A stretch of 63,886 bases of DNA, the filler included, from Octopus bimaculoides (Eukaryota): the NCBI RefSeq assembly GCF_001194135.2. It is 9 parts of 9 records of this genome, joined end to end, with 100 filler letters (N's around TTAATTAATTAA, not from the genome) between each part and the next. Parts side by side here need not be neighbours in the genome. Positions count along the whole stretch, not along the records: positions 62,582 to 63,886 come from NC_068986.1; 8 more parts are not named here. The stretch is one strand, 5' to 3'. Numbering within the stretch: position 1 is the first letter of the stretch; each line of letters starts with the position of its first letter. The position numbers and the translations under genes were made by a program. Below are positions 63,836-63,886 of this stretch, piece after piece. The notes under the pieces were generated by a model. The model had not been told where the DNA came from, did not search any database, and was given only the letters and a program-made list of their open reading frames with translations.

Positions 63836-63886
<51 letters not shown>

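Overview
AT-rich eukaryotic genomic scaffold, dense in microsatellites and repeats, with many N gaps. It is most likely a cephalopod (Octopus-like), inferred from its tRNA-derived SINE families, a long TGEKP-linked C2H2 zinc-finger ORF and the repeat landscape. Three genes are supported. (1) The last two coding exons of biotin-protein ligase/holocarboxylase synthetase (HLCS, minus strand, 40250-40037 and 38770-38599). (2) A complete two-exon C19orf12/MPAN-family homolog (minus strand, 46182-46023 and 44496-44240, 138 aa). (3) A C2H2 zinc-finger gene with at least 11 fingers (plus strand, 59186 into the gap at 60219), preceded by an NRF1/ETS/YY1-type motif cluster. I found no upstream HLCS exon in the ~23 kb of called sequence 5' of the two seen, so the other two genes may be nested in an HLCS intron. 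The rest is mobile-element debris: several SINE families, CR1, R4/Dong-like and RTE-like LINE fragments, hAT/Tigger/mariner MITEs, Helentron-type HINEs, Penelope-like ends with hammerhead-like motifs, and several foldback palindromes. There are no rRNA genes, intact tRNA genes or CRISPR arrays. Most ORF-track entries are microsatellite or gap artefacts. I see no clear new biological system; the best leads are the possible gene nesting, the zinc-finger-carrying LINE tail, the hammerhead-like motifs and the intronic dsRNA-forming foldbacks.
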